Below, in pieces: positions 1 to 11,843 of a DNA stretch of 64,000 nucleotides. The stretch covers positions 101,494,001-101,558,000 of the forward strand of contig OZ024740.1 in NCBI GenBank assembly GCA_964016885.1, written 5' to 3'. Under the pieces are notes generated by a model. The model did no database searches, was not told the origin of the DNA, and saw only the letters and a program-made list of their open reading frames with translations. Source of the stretch: Eledone cirrhosa. Its lineage: Eukaryota. A program made the translations under genes and the position numbers. Position 1 is the first letter of the stretch; each line of letters begins with the position of its first letter.

Positions 1-282
1 ACAGTTTGAAGAGAGACCATCACTACATACCCAAATGTACAATGTCTTAATGTAAACAACAAATTCCACAGAATAACTGAAGAGACCATCACTACATATA
101 ATGTAAAATGCATTAATGTAAACAAACAATTCTACAGTTTCAATAGTGAGACCATCACTACATTTAATGTACAATGCCTTGATATAAACAACCAATTCCA
201 CAGAATAACTGAAGAGACCATCACTGTATTTAATGTACAACACCTTGATATAAGCTACCAATGTCACAGACTCATTGAAGAG
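1..282. repeat. 66-bp minisatellite, about 4.3 units, runs off the window start
   Basis: GAGACCATCACT recurs at 13, 82, 148 and 214, with a partial unit at 280 (spacings 69, 66, 66, 66). A degenerate further unit lies at about 630-680. Confidence 0.85.
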
Positions 283-479
283 AATGTATATATGTATGGA
301 TCCAGAACTCCTGATGGAGTCGTGGGGGGAGGGGAGCATAGTGACATATGGCATATCCTGAGCATTTAAAACCTGACAGTCCATCACTCTCCAGGTCTCA
401 ATACAGTCGATTTCTTCTAAAGAAGGAAAGAGTGATAGCAAAGAAGTAAGAAAGAGATATAGAGGAAGAAACGACTTCA

Positions 480-620
480 GTACTGGACCGTTTCTTTTTT
501 ATCACATCAAATGGAATGAAAGGTAAGGTTGACCGTAGTGGGATTTGAACTCAGCATAGAAGGCTGGAAAAAATACTACTACAAAGCATTCTATCTGATG
601 TTCTAACAGCTTTGCCAAAT
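480..620 (-). mobile_element. degenerate tRNA-derived SINE fragment (family 1)
   Basis: ATGAAAGGTAAGGTTGACC...GGGATTTGAACTCAG matches the better-preserved copies at 56958-57474. Confidence 0.7.
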
Positions 621-887
621 TGAAGCTTAACTGAAGAGGAGAATATTACTAGATTAATGTAAAAAATCTGGCAATAAAATCTCCAGTGCTTTAGTGTCAA
701 GAGAAAGTTACAAGGTTGCTATCAAACAACTGAGGATGGAGAAATCCAATTCTATAGTCTTCAGATCATAAAACTGTAATCAATGTGTATAATATAACGT
801 GTATGTGTTATAAATATGTGTTTGTGTATGTATGTATGCATGTGTGTATATGTATAGATATGTATGTATATGCGCATATATGGGTGC

Positions 888-919
<32 letters not shown>

Positions 920-3089
920 CGGCATGCATTAAATCCTGGTGGTAAATGACATCGCTTATGTATCTTTCTTTGAATTATTTGTTTTCTTTAATAAGGCAGT
1001 TATGATTATCCCAAATCTTAAATGGGATGTTTATAATAGAGAATTAATATATATTCCTTCTAGTTTTCAAACATCATTTAGCCCTTGTTTTACTGTATTT
1101 ATAATGAGAAATGCTCCTTACGATTTTCAAATTATTTAAAAATAATCAAGAATTTGAAAATATTTAGTAATATAACATTGTGGTTATTTATTTTGTTTTG
1201 AAAATAACAAACATTCATAAATAAAATAATGATGTAAGTTTCTTTGTTAGATAAATATGAACAATTTCAAATAAACTGCTCTAAAGCTGGATGCCAAAAT
1301 AAACTACATCCAGTAACGTTGTAACGCAGTTGGCATTAGGAAGGGTTGTAGAAACCATGCCAAAACTTGTAGACCTGGCCTCTGGCTTGTCTAGGAGGAC
1401 TGTACCTATAATTACATAGTGAGTTAGTCTGTAATTATCCAGCCAACACATGCCAGCATGGAAAAACAGGCATAAAATAATGATGATGATTTACATAAAC
1501 ATAGGTAGCTTCATTGCTAGAGATTTGGTATTTGGATCCTTGTTTGTTATATGCCTAGAAATAGCATTTGTTAATTTACTCAGCAAGCCTTTATATAAGT
1601 GCTATTTGGCTTTCTAGCATAAGGAAGATTTATTTTATTTTTGTATTTATAATTAAATATGGAGGATAAAAACAGGACATTGCATGTGAAATGTGTCTAT
1701 TGTGTCAGTGAACGCATTCCACCTTATTTTTCTATTTGCCAAAATAAGTAAGTAAATGATAAATAAAAAAAGTCTTACATTGTTTTCAGAACACAATCGA
1801 ATGAAATCCATGAAATTTTTCCCCACAGATGCATTACATGTTGACTTGCAAAATTGCAAAAATTCCTGTTAAAATATTGTTCTTTTATGTGTTATTTTCT
1901 TGTTGCTTATAATTTCTTTTTATAGACTGACCCCAACTCCTTTTCCATTGTTTTCTTTTCTTCACTAAAATAAACCTCAAGATGTGCTTTAAGTTAGGGA
2001 GATTTATAATCAACTGAAAAAACAAAAACCATCAAAAAGTTGCACCTACTTCCACATCATATCTTCACTTCACCGTGTCTTTTCTCTACAATATTTGTTT
2101 TTCTTTATTACTATTTTTGTTGTCTTCATTGTTTATTTACAATTATTTACATTTATTTATATTTTTAATTTTCTTTTCTATATAGAATTTGGGGTAGTTT
2201 TTGTCTTTGTAGTGTCTTTTTAGAAGAAAGCTGAACAAAATGTCACCTTACAATCAAATAATTTCAAAATGTTATCATTCACAACAAAACCTATTTCCTT
2301 TTTTATATATATTTTTATATATTATTTGTTTATTTCTTTAATTATTTGTTCGTTTATTTATATAACGTCTTTTATTTTTGTTAATTTGTTCATATGTTTT
2401 CCGGTTGCAAGGGAATAAGGAGATGCAATGAATCCATTACCTTGTTAAATTAAATTTCAGCAATAAAACATGGATCAAATGTAATCATATGTTCTGAAGT
2501 GAAACGTTACTGCTTGGTTACTTTAACACATATCTCAGGTAGTAATTTTGTTATTCTTGTTATTGTTTTGTTTTGTCATTTTATTGATGTTGATGTTAGT
2601 GGAACTGGTGGTAGTGAAGTGTTACTGCTGCAGTTTATGGTATAATTTAGTTTTCATAATTCAGACAACTTCACGGTTCACACTAGCAAGTTACTAAAGA
2701 ATAATCTAGAAAGTCACAGCCTTTAGCATCATCATCGTCATCATGATGATGTTGATGATGCTTATCATCAGCATCATCCCCATAATCTTTGTCATTATTG
2801 TCATCATCACTGTTACCAAGCAGATTGTATTAAATTAAATGTCTTTCGGTATTTAGTCCTCAATTCAAATCCCAAAGCTATCAGCTTTGCTTTTACACCA
2901 TTCTGGAGTTAGAAAGGGTCAGTAGTAAGCTATGTTCATTTAGATTCAGTACACACTTGCCCTACAAAATTATTGTCATACAGTTGGCCTGAACAGATAA
3001 AAGAGTATGCATCAGAATAATAAAACAAATATTTGTCATCATCATCAAAATCATCATCATCAAAATCATCATCATCATTTGGATTAGCA

Positions 3090-3830
3090 GACACGAAGCT
3101 TGCATGCTCCGCTGGATGTGTAATAGTAATATACGAGAACGGCAAAGCATGAAAGAACTAAGGGAGAAATTAGGAATAAGAGGGATCAGATGTTGTTTAC
3201 TCGAGAGAAGACTACGTTGGTACAGTCACCTGATGCGCATGAAAGACAACAGCTGTATAAAAAAGTGCAGGGCGATAAAAATAGACGGTAGCCACGGAGT
3301 AGGCAGACCCAGAAAAACCTGGGACGACTTGATAAATTCCGACCTCACACACTTACACCTCTCCAAGACAATGTCACTGGACCAAGATCTTTGGCGCTAC
3401 ACAGTCATACAGAAGACCCGCCTTGCCTAAGTACAAAACGAAACCTACAGTCAGTAGGCACCTCTAACAAAATACCCCCCCCCCCCCGTCCCACTACCCC
3501 CACCCCATCCACACCACCCCCTTAAATGTGAAGTTATGTTGGTACCACAACATCCAGTCCGAAACAATGAGGTTGTGTAGGTGTCACGACAAAAAAACAC
3601 ACAGTCCATGCTGTAATGTGGTCGTGTAGGTAACACGGTAAAAACCTCCCAGTCCACACTGTAAATGTGGTTGGTGTTAGGAAGGGCATCCAGCCGTAGA
3701 AAACCCGCCGTAGAAAACCCGCTATACGAGCAGGACAACAAATCTTGCCTCAAGTGGGAAACCTCCCGTCCAAACCCATGCAAGCGTGGAAGATGGACAT
3801 TAAACGATGATGATGATGATGATGATGATG
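3090..3830 (+). mobile_element. RTE-clade LINE, 5'-truncated 3' end (subfamily A)
   Basis: ORF 3104-3430 MLRWMC...RRLRWYSHLMRM...GRPRKTW is the RTE C-terminus. The 3'UTR has GGAAGGGCATCCAGC and an (ATG)n tail and is near-identical to 59977-60535. Confidence 0.92.
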
Positions 3831-4011
3831 AATAGCGCCATTCATTCTTTCAATTTAAGTTAAATCAACTATACTATTCCCCACATTTCTGCCAATGTAA
3901 AATATTCTTAATAATATGAAAGTAGTGTAGTGATAGATATGGTAATGTATAGGATAAAAAATTTAACAGTAGTCAATTTTCCCCAAACCCTCTCTCTCAC
4001 GCTCCCTCCCG

Positions 4012-4070
<59 letters not shown>

Positions 4071-5194
4071 GTGTGTGTAATAAACAGATAAATATGCAAT
4101 AAATGAGGGACTCATGTACTGTTTATAGAGTCAATATAATATTTGTTGCTAATATTGACTGTTAACCAAACCTGTCGGCTTTTCAAAACTGTTTTGAAAA
4201 ACCAGTAGCTCTAGCAAAACTTTGAAGTAAACAATCACCATTAATAACAAATATCACATACATATATATTTGCATACATACTCGTTCACATACATACATA
4301 CACATTCACAGACATACAACTGTGTGTGCATTCCTAGACTAATATCATTTCTCCACTATAGCCATAAAATGTTCCTTGCAACACTCTATATGGCAATACA
4401 CAACACTCTCTGCAGTGAATCACTATAGATAATACAATAAAAACAGCAAAGTTATAAACAAATCAAGTGAAAATAAGCACATCTATTATTTCACTGAGCT
4501 ATCATACTCAAATACAGATATGTATGTAGCACATTTAAACATAAACTGATTCTCTCTCACACACACATCCATATATATATATATATATATATGCATGCAT
4601 AGATGTATGAACATTTACAATTGAATACATATATACATCTTGAAGACAATGAATATATTTTATTTCTTCGTGTATCTGTTTTATTGTCATCATTTTTCTA
4701 CATTTTGTTTAATTTTATTTTCTCCTCTCTCATTATTACATTATTTGCACGTGATTCTGTCAGAGATAATCCCACACTGACATATTTCAAGTCACTTCCT
4801 ACTCAAAAGGATATTACACTTACAGTACTGAAACACTACAATACATTGTAACTACTCTTGATTCAATCATGGTGCATAACATGTCGAGGTTACACCTTGC
4901 TTCAAAATCATACCTATACATTATTTCAATTGAAATATTTTCATTTTGGCTTTGTGCCTCAATAGACAGTAGTCGATATTTCCTCTTGTATGTTTTTATT
5001 TTATTTTTTGTTCTCTTTTTTTTTCTTGATTTCAAATCATCTCTACACGTGTTTCAAGATTACTCAGGCTTACGTTTCCATCTGATGAAAGATTAGTGAC
5101 AAAATGTTGGGCCTGCCAAATTGTGGAACACATGTAGCACTGATTTATAAACACTTACTCTACAGAAACACGTTCTAGCTCAAAGCCCAAAACT

Positions 5195-5274
5195 GAGTTC
5201 TCTTCAAACCATCCAAAGTGTTACATCTCATATCTATATAAGATGTAGCACTTTAGATGGTTTAGAGAGAACTC
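5195..5274. repeat. 80-nt hairpin (34-bp arms, 12-nt loop)
   Basis: 5195-5228 is the reverse complement of 5241-5274 with 4 differences, two of which are G-U pairs on the + strand. Confidence 0.85.
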
Positions 5275-5348
5275 TCTCTCTGTATATATATATATATTTA
5301 TATATATATATATTCTTTTACCTGTTTCCAGCCATCTGGCACCGCCCT

Positions 5349-5424
<76 letters not shown>

Positions 5425-5663
5425 GAGAGAACGAAATGTGATGGGTTAAGGGGGAGAGGTCTAATAGAGAGCAGAAAGATGACAGACCAGAATAGTGCTC
5501 AATGGATGTTTACTTCCAGTTTTGATATTATAATTAGCAAAATCCCAATGGAAAGCTCACTTCATTTTAGATGGTCTACAAGCTGGCTGTGTAGAAACTA
5601 ATGAAAAGAGCAATTAACACATGTAACAGTTAAAAATATGTATAGTAATAGTTTGATTTAATT

Positions 5664-6186
5664 AGCGAAGGATGAGGGTTCTCTGAGAGCATAATAGCTA
5701 GAATAAGGATAGGATGGAAAAAGTTTAGAGAGCTACTCCCACTGTTGGCAACAAAATGTTTCTCCCTACATAAAAAAATATGACTGTATAACACCTGTAT
5801 GCAAAGTGTGTTGCTACATGATATTGAAACACGGGATGTGACTGCAGAGGACATGTGTTGACTGGAGAGAAATGAAGCAACCATGCTTTATTGGATGTGC
5901 AATCTAATTGCAAGAGAAAGGCAGAGCTGGGAGAAGCAAGGTGGTGTGCAGGAGAGAAAACTACATTGGCATAGACAAGGGTCAGGAGATCCCAGTGGAA
6001 GGAAGCCACAGTAGAGGTAGACCAAGAAAGACATGGGCAGAGGCTGTGAGAACTGACCTCAACTCACTGGGACTCAGAGGAGATGAAGAAGTGCAGAGAT
6101 GAAGAAGCGCAGAGATGTAGTGCTGAGAAGGACCTGTCCAACCCATACAGGCATGGAAAAACGGACATAAAAACGATGATGATGTA
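5664..6186 (+). mobile_element. degenerate RTE LINE 3' fragment
   Basis: Encodes RIGWKKFRELLPLL, LERNEATMLYWMC and GRPRKTWAEAVRTDL, and ends in an (ATG)n tail. Confidence 0.85.
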
Positions 6187-6580
6187 ATGCATTACTATAT
6201 TTGAAACACTGAAATCCAAAAACAGAATCACTATAAATGATAATAGCATTAGAAAATCAGGTAAAATACTCTTGAAACAGAAAAAGTAACCAGCGGTCAC
6301 TAAGTAGAGTAAAAAATACCTGCTGGAGCTGTTCTTTATATATATATATATATATATAAACGTTAAAAGATGATGATGATGATATATATTTAGGTTTGTT
6401 GGTTCACCACTGGATAGAACTGGTCATTCCGTATAGTCAACCTTGATGTAATATTAGGGAGAGCACTCAGTGTAATGCAATTCACCCGTCTTCGTTTGTG
6501 TTGTTGGTGGTGCGAGTACGGAGTTAATTATTATAAAATAACAAGAGACTGGACTGGTGTAATTCCTTAGAAGGTTTATT

Positions 6581-6638
6581 ATACTATGATCATTTCAGTG
6601 ACCAGGTTCAGTATGAATCCGGTGATATCATCAGGTAT
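6581..6638 (-). ncRNA. type I hammerhead ribozyme (palindromic stem III)
   Basis: Minus strand reads ATAC-CTGATGA-[stem II CCGGATTCA tac TGAACCTGG]-GAAA-TGATCA-TA-GTAT, giving an intact core and stem I ATAC/GTAT. Confidence 0.8.
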
Positions 6639-7615
6639 TCGAAATTTAACAAAGGAATATAATAGACAAAATCGATGGGGCTGAAAAGCATTAACTCCGT
6701 ACTCGCACCACCAACAGCACAAACGAAGACGGGTGAGTTGCATTACGTCGAGTGCTCTCCATAATATTACATCAAGGTTGACTATACGGAATGACCAGTT
6801 CTATCCAGTGCTGAAACAACAAACCTAAATAAATAAAGATCCAGGAAATGTTAAGCGCCTTCAGATGTAATACGGAACAGAGGCCCTGACTCCAGTGTAC
6901 AGCTATCGCCAGCATGGGACTAACTGCACACCATTCGGATTTTGGCTGCATTAAGCTATGTCTACCGCCCACCTGGACCATGCATTGCTGCTTCCCTGTC
7001 GAGAACAGTCAAACTCCGTCAGACCTCATAGATTCTTCAAAAAATCAACGTATTCTATTATACCCTGTATTATATTGACTGAATTCTCTATCCTATGTTT
7101 CAAGGTTTTGGGGATTCACATTGAAAATTAAGATTCGAACCTACACTAATTATCACCCGATACCACTCCAACTCTTCTATCCTCCATATCTATATGTATA
7201 ACCTTGTATTCTCCAGTCGTACTATCTATTGTTCATTTACTGCACCTTGATCTCTATTTTATTTCTTCTGTATTTTGATTTCTTCGATATGTTTTTATAT
7301 ACTCCCATTTTACTCCCTCAATTACCACCCTAGGTGTGACTGGATTTTATTTATGCATTTTATTTATGTTTTTATTTATGTATTTATTTATTCACTTTAC
7401 TCTCCTTATATACTTATCCTTGTACTCATCTGTTACCTAAAGTTAGCAAACAACCCTAGAATTTTACTATCTGTACCCTTTATATCTGTTTATCTTTAAT
7501 CACTCCCCCTACCCACTCAAGAATCATACTACATATAACCCAGACTAACTGGGGACTAAATATAGTCTATTTACACATTTCATCAGATTTTGCCGCTTTT
7601 AAACTTCGCATCACG

Positions 7616-8262
7616 GGTGCGAATAACTAATAATTATTTGGTACACGTGATGATCCGACGGATGTGGCATCTTTCCCTACTGCACGCCAGGCGCTCGGGT
7701 CGATCAGCCTTCCTAGAGTGCTTGGAAAAATATATTTCCCCTTCTTTCGGTAGACGAAAATACTCGGAACGGCTGTTTCGCCCTAGGGCCCATGTCAGGC
7801 TTCGAATCCGCCGTGCCACCGGTTATTGACCGCCAAACAGTACTTTTAAATTCTAAGCTTAATCATAACTTTAAATGTTATCATGCCTCCTTCTACTAGC
7901 CCTTTAATTAAATCCCCCACCAGTGTGAATAACTAGTAACCGTTTGGTATATACGATAACCAGCCAACGGTGGTTGACTTCCCGCTAGCACCCTCAGCGC
8001 TTGAGACAGTTAACATTCATGGAGTGCTCAGAAAAATAAATTTCCCTTGCTTTCGCTAGACGAAAATACTCGGAACGGTTGACACGCCTTTGGGCCCCAG
8101 CCTGGCCGAGAGTCCGCAACATCGCTGGTTAATGACCGCTAAGCATGGGCTTAATCTTTACTCTATATTCTACCCTGAAACTTTATCATGACTATCTATA
8201 ATACACTTAAACTTTTTCATAAACGCCTCCTTCTGTAAATTCCTTAACTAAATCTCCCAACT
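7616..8262. repeat. diverged tandem duplication, about 306-bp period
   Basis: GTG(C/T)GAATAACTA, TAGACGAAAATACTCGGAACGG and GCCTCCTTCT recur in both units. The core motif offset is exactly 306. Confidence 0.85.
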
Positions 8263-8592
8263 TTAAACCTAAATCTTACTTTTATAATTTCATCTTAAAT
8301 GGCATCTTTTAATTCTAAACATAAATTTTACATTTCTAATCGTTAATCGTAATTTCTGACCCTACAATATACTGTGCAGACGCCTACTATAAATAACTTT
8401 GTTAAAGATATATGTTTTTTGAAAATATATATTTCGTAGCACTTTCTAGCACTTCTGATCAGCTTGAATGTAACCTGATCTCACCACTAGCCTCTGTGTA
8501 TGACGAGGTGGTAGTAGTACACTATAAGCCCTCCTGTCTCTGCTTTTCAGCCCCATGGATTTTGTCTATTATATTCTTTTGTTAAATTTTGA

Positions 8593-8650
8593 ATATTTGA
8601 TGATGTCACTGGATTCATACTGAACCCAGTCACTGAAATGATCATAGTAT
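8593..8650 (+). ncRNA. type I hammerhead ribozyme, core mutated (TTGATGA)
   Basis: Sister copy of 6581-6638: ATAT-TTGATGA...GAAA-TGATCA-TA-GTAT, with C3 changed to T. Confidence 0.7.
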
Positions 8651-8794
8651 AATAAACCTTTTACAGAATTACACCAGTCCAGCCTCCTGTTATTTTATAA
8701 TATATATTTATATATATAGTAGAAACTTTCATGTTAAATATGATGAATAGAAAAACCTTAATCAACTAGGATTGTCTTGAAATTGTAATGATAA

Positions 8795-9300
8795 TCCCTG
8801 CAGGCAATTTGAAATTGCACTATATGGCACAGCAGCAGCAGAATTGGAAAAGTGTTCAGTGTTCCAGCAAATGTACTTTATCTGGTCAGCCTCATCTACC
8901 AGCACAGATATCAAGCTGCCCCATCATTCTCCCTACAGTGTTCTTTGTGAAGGAAACCTGGAAAAGCATGACAAAGTTTGACAGAAAGCTGAATGCATTC
9001 TTTTAAAGGAGTCTCAGAAAGGTTGTGATGGCCATCTGACAAGGACGGATTAAGAATGAAGACAGCTGAGTTAGAGTTAGAACGACTGCAAGAAATAATT
9101 ACAGAGCAATGGTTCCACCAGGCTTGCCACATTCTTCATCTAATCAACCATCAATACTGCCAAAAAAGTGATGAGATGGACTCCTTGTTGAGGCAAACAG
9201 AAAAGGGTTAGACATTTCAAGACCTAATGTCCATCAATATCACTTGCAATTGATGCAAAAGAGCACCACTGGATCATATGTATTGGATGATGCTTGTTGC
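8795..9300 (+). mobile_element. old RTE LINE C-terminal remnant
   Basis: IILPTVFFVKETWKSMTKFDRKLNAFF*RSLRKV resembles the RTE 'VLPTLLYxxETW...LxxFHxRCLRKI' region. Confidence 0.6.
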
Positions 9301-9632
9301 CCAATCCACTATACACTGCAAGGACCTAAAATTAAGACTTAAGATGTAGTCTAATAAATTGAAACATATGTACATAATTTTCCCTTTCTTGCAACAAAGA
9401 TCTGAGTGTCCTTTCCTCAGCGTGTTAAATCATTAAAAATTTATCTTTATTTCCTTGAAATTATTGTCACTTATTTTAGAAATTCACTAACAGTTTGTTC
9501 CAGATATTTCATTTTCCTCCTCCTGCCCAAAGGAAAGTTTAAAAAAAAATAGAATTCATGTGTACAGCATTTAGAATGTATTCAAGAAACATCATGATCC
9601 AAAAGTGGTTAGTTAAATATTATGCTTGATGT

Positions 9633-9858
9633 TTAACCCTTTAGCGTTTAAGCCAGCTGTATCTGACCAGAATTCTCTCCCCTCTTTCTGTCCAAACTGG
9701 CCATAAATGGCCACTCATACTGATATTAAGGTATTGTTCTCAAAGTAAATATCAAAATCTCATAGATTCGATATTATGTGAAATGATTATGTGAAATAAA
9801 GCCTTTACTGTGAAAATACAATAGTAAATATAGAGTAACGTAAATGCTAAAGGGTTAA
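9633..9858. mobile_element. piggyBac-type MITE
   Basis: TTAA on both sides, 14-bp TIR CCCTTTAGC(G/A)TTTA, 218-bp body. An inverted sister copy lies at 57842-58070. Confidence 0.85.
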
Positions 9859-10067
9859 GGACAAAAACTCCTCCATTTTTGTGATTAAAATCTAAAAACT
9901 GCAAGCAATGTTATCAGTTGATCCAAGCATTAAGGACAATGTAGCAAAGAATGAATTTTGTCTTGTAGTCAACTAATGAAACTAATGGACATGTTTCAAT
10001 CCAGTTGGATCTCCTTAGAATGAACAAATTTAGACATAGGGAGGAAAGGATAATATTTACACTGCTT

Positions 10068-10430
10068 ATAATAATGATGTCAACAGCAGAAATTAGAGAT
10101 GAAATGTATGTTTATTTTTGTTGTAGCACAAATAATGTTTAACTTGTATGGTTGAAGTTACACATAAAATGAGGTTACAAAAGGGAATGTGCCATTGTGC
10201 CATGCCCAAGGAAGGCCGGCAGGCCAATGTGCAAAATCTCACCGTCACATGTTGTACGTGTTGCTGGTTCGAAGTTCAGGGTGCGAGAGAGAGATTCTTC
10301 AAATCTTCGCGGGGAATTTCTCCCTCAGGGCGCGTAGGAATACATCCTCTTCTACTGGCGTTGATTGGCTGAGCTGAGCCAAATCACGCACAGAGAATGT
10401 ATGTAAGCCCGCGGAATGTAGGTCACTACA
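10068..10430 (-). repeat. 3' LTR (about 43 bp lost at its outer end)
   Basis: Aligns to 11887-12216 and is preceded on the minus strand by the polypurine tract AGAGGGGGAG (about 10434-10443). Confidence 0.88.
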
Positions 10431-11823
10431 ATACTCCCCCTCTAGACGTAAGACGATACAGATTATTGAATCAGCAGGAAAAAATGCTGAAAGAGCACAT
10501 CAGTGAAAAATTAATTGAGCAGAAGGATGCATGCAAGACAAAAAATGAGGCGCTAAGGGCCGTGTTGAGCCGCTGTGTCAAATGACTAGCTGTTTTGTAA
10601 TTTATACGTGACCACCAAAGGTCTAACAGAAAACGGATAAAGTCTCTGACATGGGCGAAGTTACTGTTCTTGCATTAAATGTTAATGGTAAGTGTTGTAC
10701 CAGTAGCTGTGGATGAAGCTATTATGGTAGTTTACCAGTGCTGGCAAGAAGATGATGGGTAGGCGAGAAAATGTCGGCCTCCCAGATGTATTGCCGAAAG
10801 TGCTAGGGAGCCAGGAAAAAATGGCTGGTTGCTTTTAAAAGAAAAAAAGCAAGTTGAATCTGTAGGTGGGTAGTAGTTGCAGTGTAAATTCCATAATTCC
10901 GGCGAATCCACAGAAGTGGTGTAAATGCTAACAAGTCCAGTTCTATTTGTTATTTTCCCGGTGAGTCGGGTAAGGTAACAAGATGGAGGTTGTTATGGAC
11001 GATGAGTGTGCAACGAGATGCGAAACTGTTTGAGTTCAGCTGCAATTAGCATTCTCGTGTTGCGGTGCCTGTTTGAATCCAGGTGAATTAAGCTCTATGA
11101 GTCGCTAGCATGTGACGGCACCTCAACCAGGTGAAAAGGGATCTCGCAGAATACTACGTTTGAAGAACATATACTAAGAACAACAACATGTTGGTGGGTG
11201 ACAAAGAAATGTGTGCATATGCAGGCATGTAATACAGAAAAGAATATGTGTGGGTGCAGTCATATATACAATGATAGAAAAATATGAATTTCCATATAAT
11301 ACAGTTTTAAAAAAATAAATGTCCAAAACAAATGCCTGAAAAAAAAGGGAGAAAGAAAGAATTGTTTCTTTTCTTTTAACAAAAAGTTCGCTTTTCTTTT
11401 CCTTGCAATTTCTTTGGGATCGCTCTTACTAGGGAGCTAGTAGAGTTGTTGTTGTTGTTAAAGCAAAGTCACAATGAATCTTCTGTAGAATCGAAGTCGA
11501 GCGTTGAAGAACCTAGAGTCACCAATATGGCAGTCACGTCTGACGCCATAGTGGTGAGAAGACTGATGTCTTAATTTCTTGAGTCCCTGTGGTAACGAGA
11601 CAGAAGGTATGGTGGTTGCGTCGGTAAAGTTACAAGCTGCCACATCGCCATTCCCTGGTGTTGGTTAGTAGTTAGCCATGTGTTGCTGCTGATGGCTGGT
11701 AGTAGAGAAGTACTTGGTGGTAGCCGTTTTGAAATTTCCTCGTGGCGTAAATTTTTTTTTTTTTTACATACACTGCCAATTTTAATCTCATTTCAAAAGG
11801 AATATTTTGAACTGAAAATATTC

Positions 11824-11841
11824 ATCACGTCGGGGTCACCA
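11824..11841 (-). promoter_or_regulatory. primer binding site complementary to tRNA-Trp
   Basis: Minus strand TGGTGACCCCGACGTGAT, an 18-nt complement of the eukaryotic tRNA-Trp 3' end, 2 nt from the LTR edge. Confidence 0.88.
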
Positions 11842-11843
11842 CT

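Larger units (their letters stand above)
6388..8702 (+). mobile_element. non-coding Penelope-like / retrozyme-like element with inverted terminal rearrangement
   Basis: 6388-6528 is the reverse complement of 6690-6830, and 6529-6690 is the reverse complement of 8541-8702. The terminal block contains a type I hammerhead. Both ends abut TA runs. No RT or EN ORF is recognisable. Confidence 0.75.

Noticed and set aside
2461-2538. Possible 78-nt coding exon on the + strand (IKHGSNVIICSEVKRYCLVTLTHIS)
   Set aside because: Weak donor (GTAGTA), no recognisable protein and no partner exons.
4824-4913. Possible 90-nt coding exon on the minus strand with a GTAAGT donor
   Set aside because: The acceptor lacks a pyrimidine tract and the peptide is unrecognised, so chance is a sufficient explanation.
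7796-7812. tRNA T-loop/B-box-like GGCTTCGAATCC
   Set aside because: No cloverleaf or A box, and the motif is not retained in the duplicate unit.
10148-10372. Duplicated small ORF (also 11958-12158)
   Set aside because: Lies antisense within the two LTRs, so the duplication reflects LTR identity.
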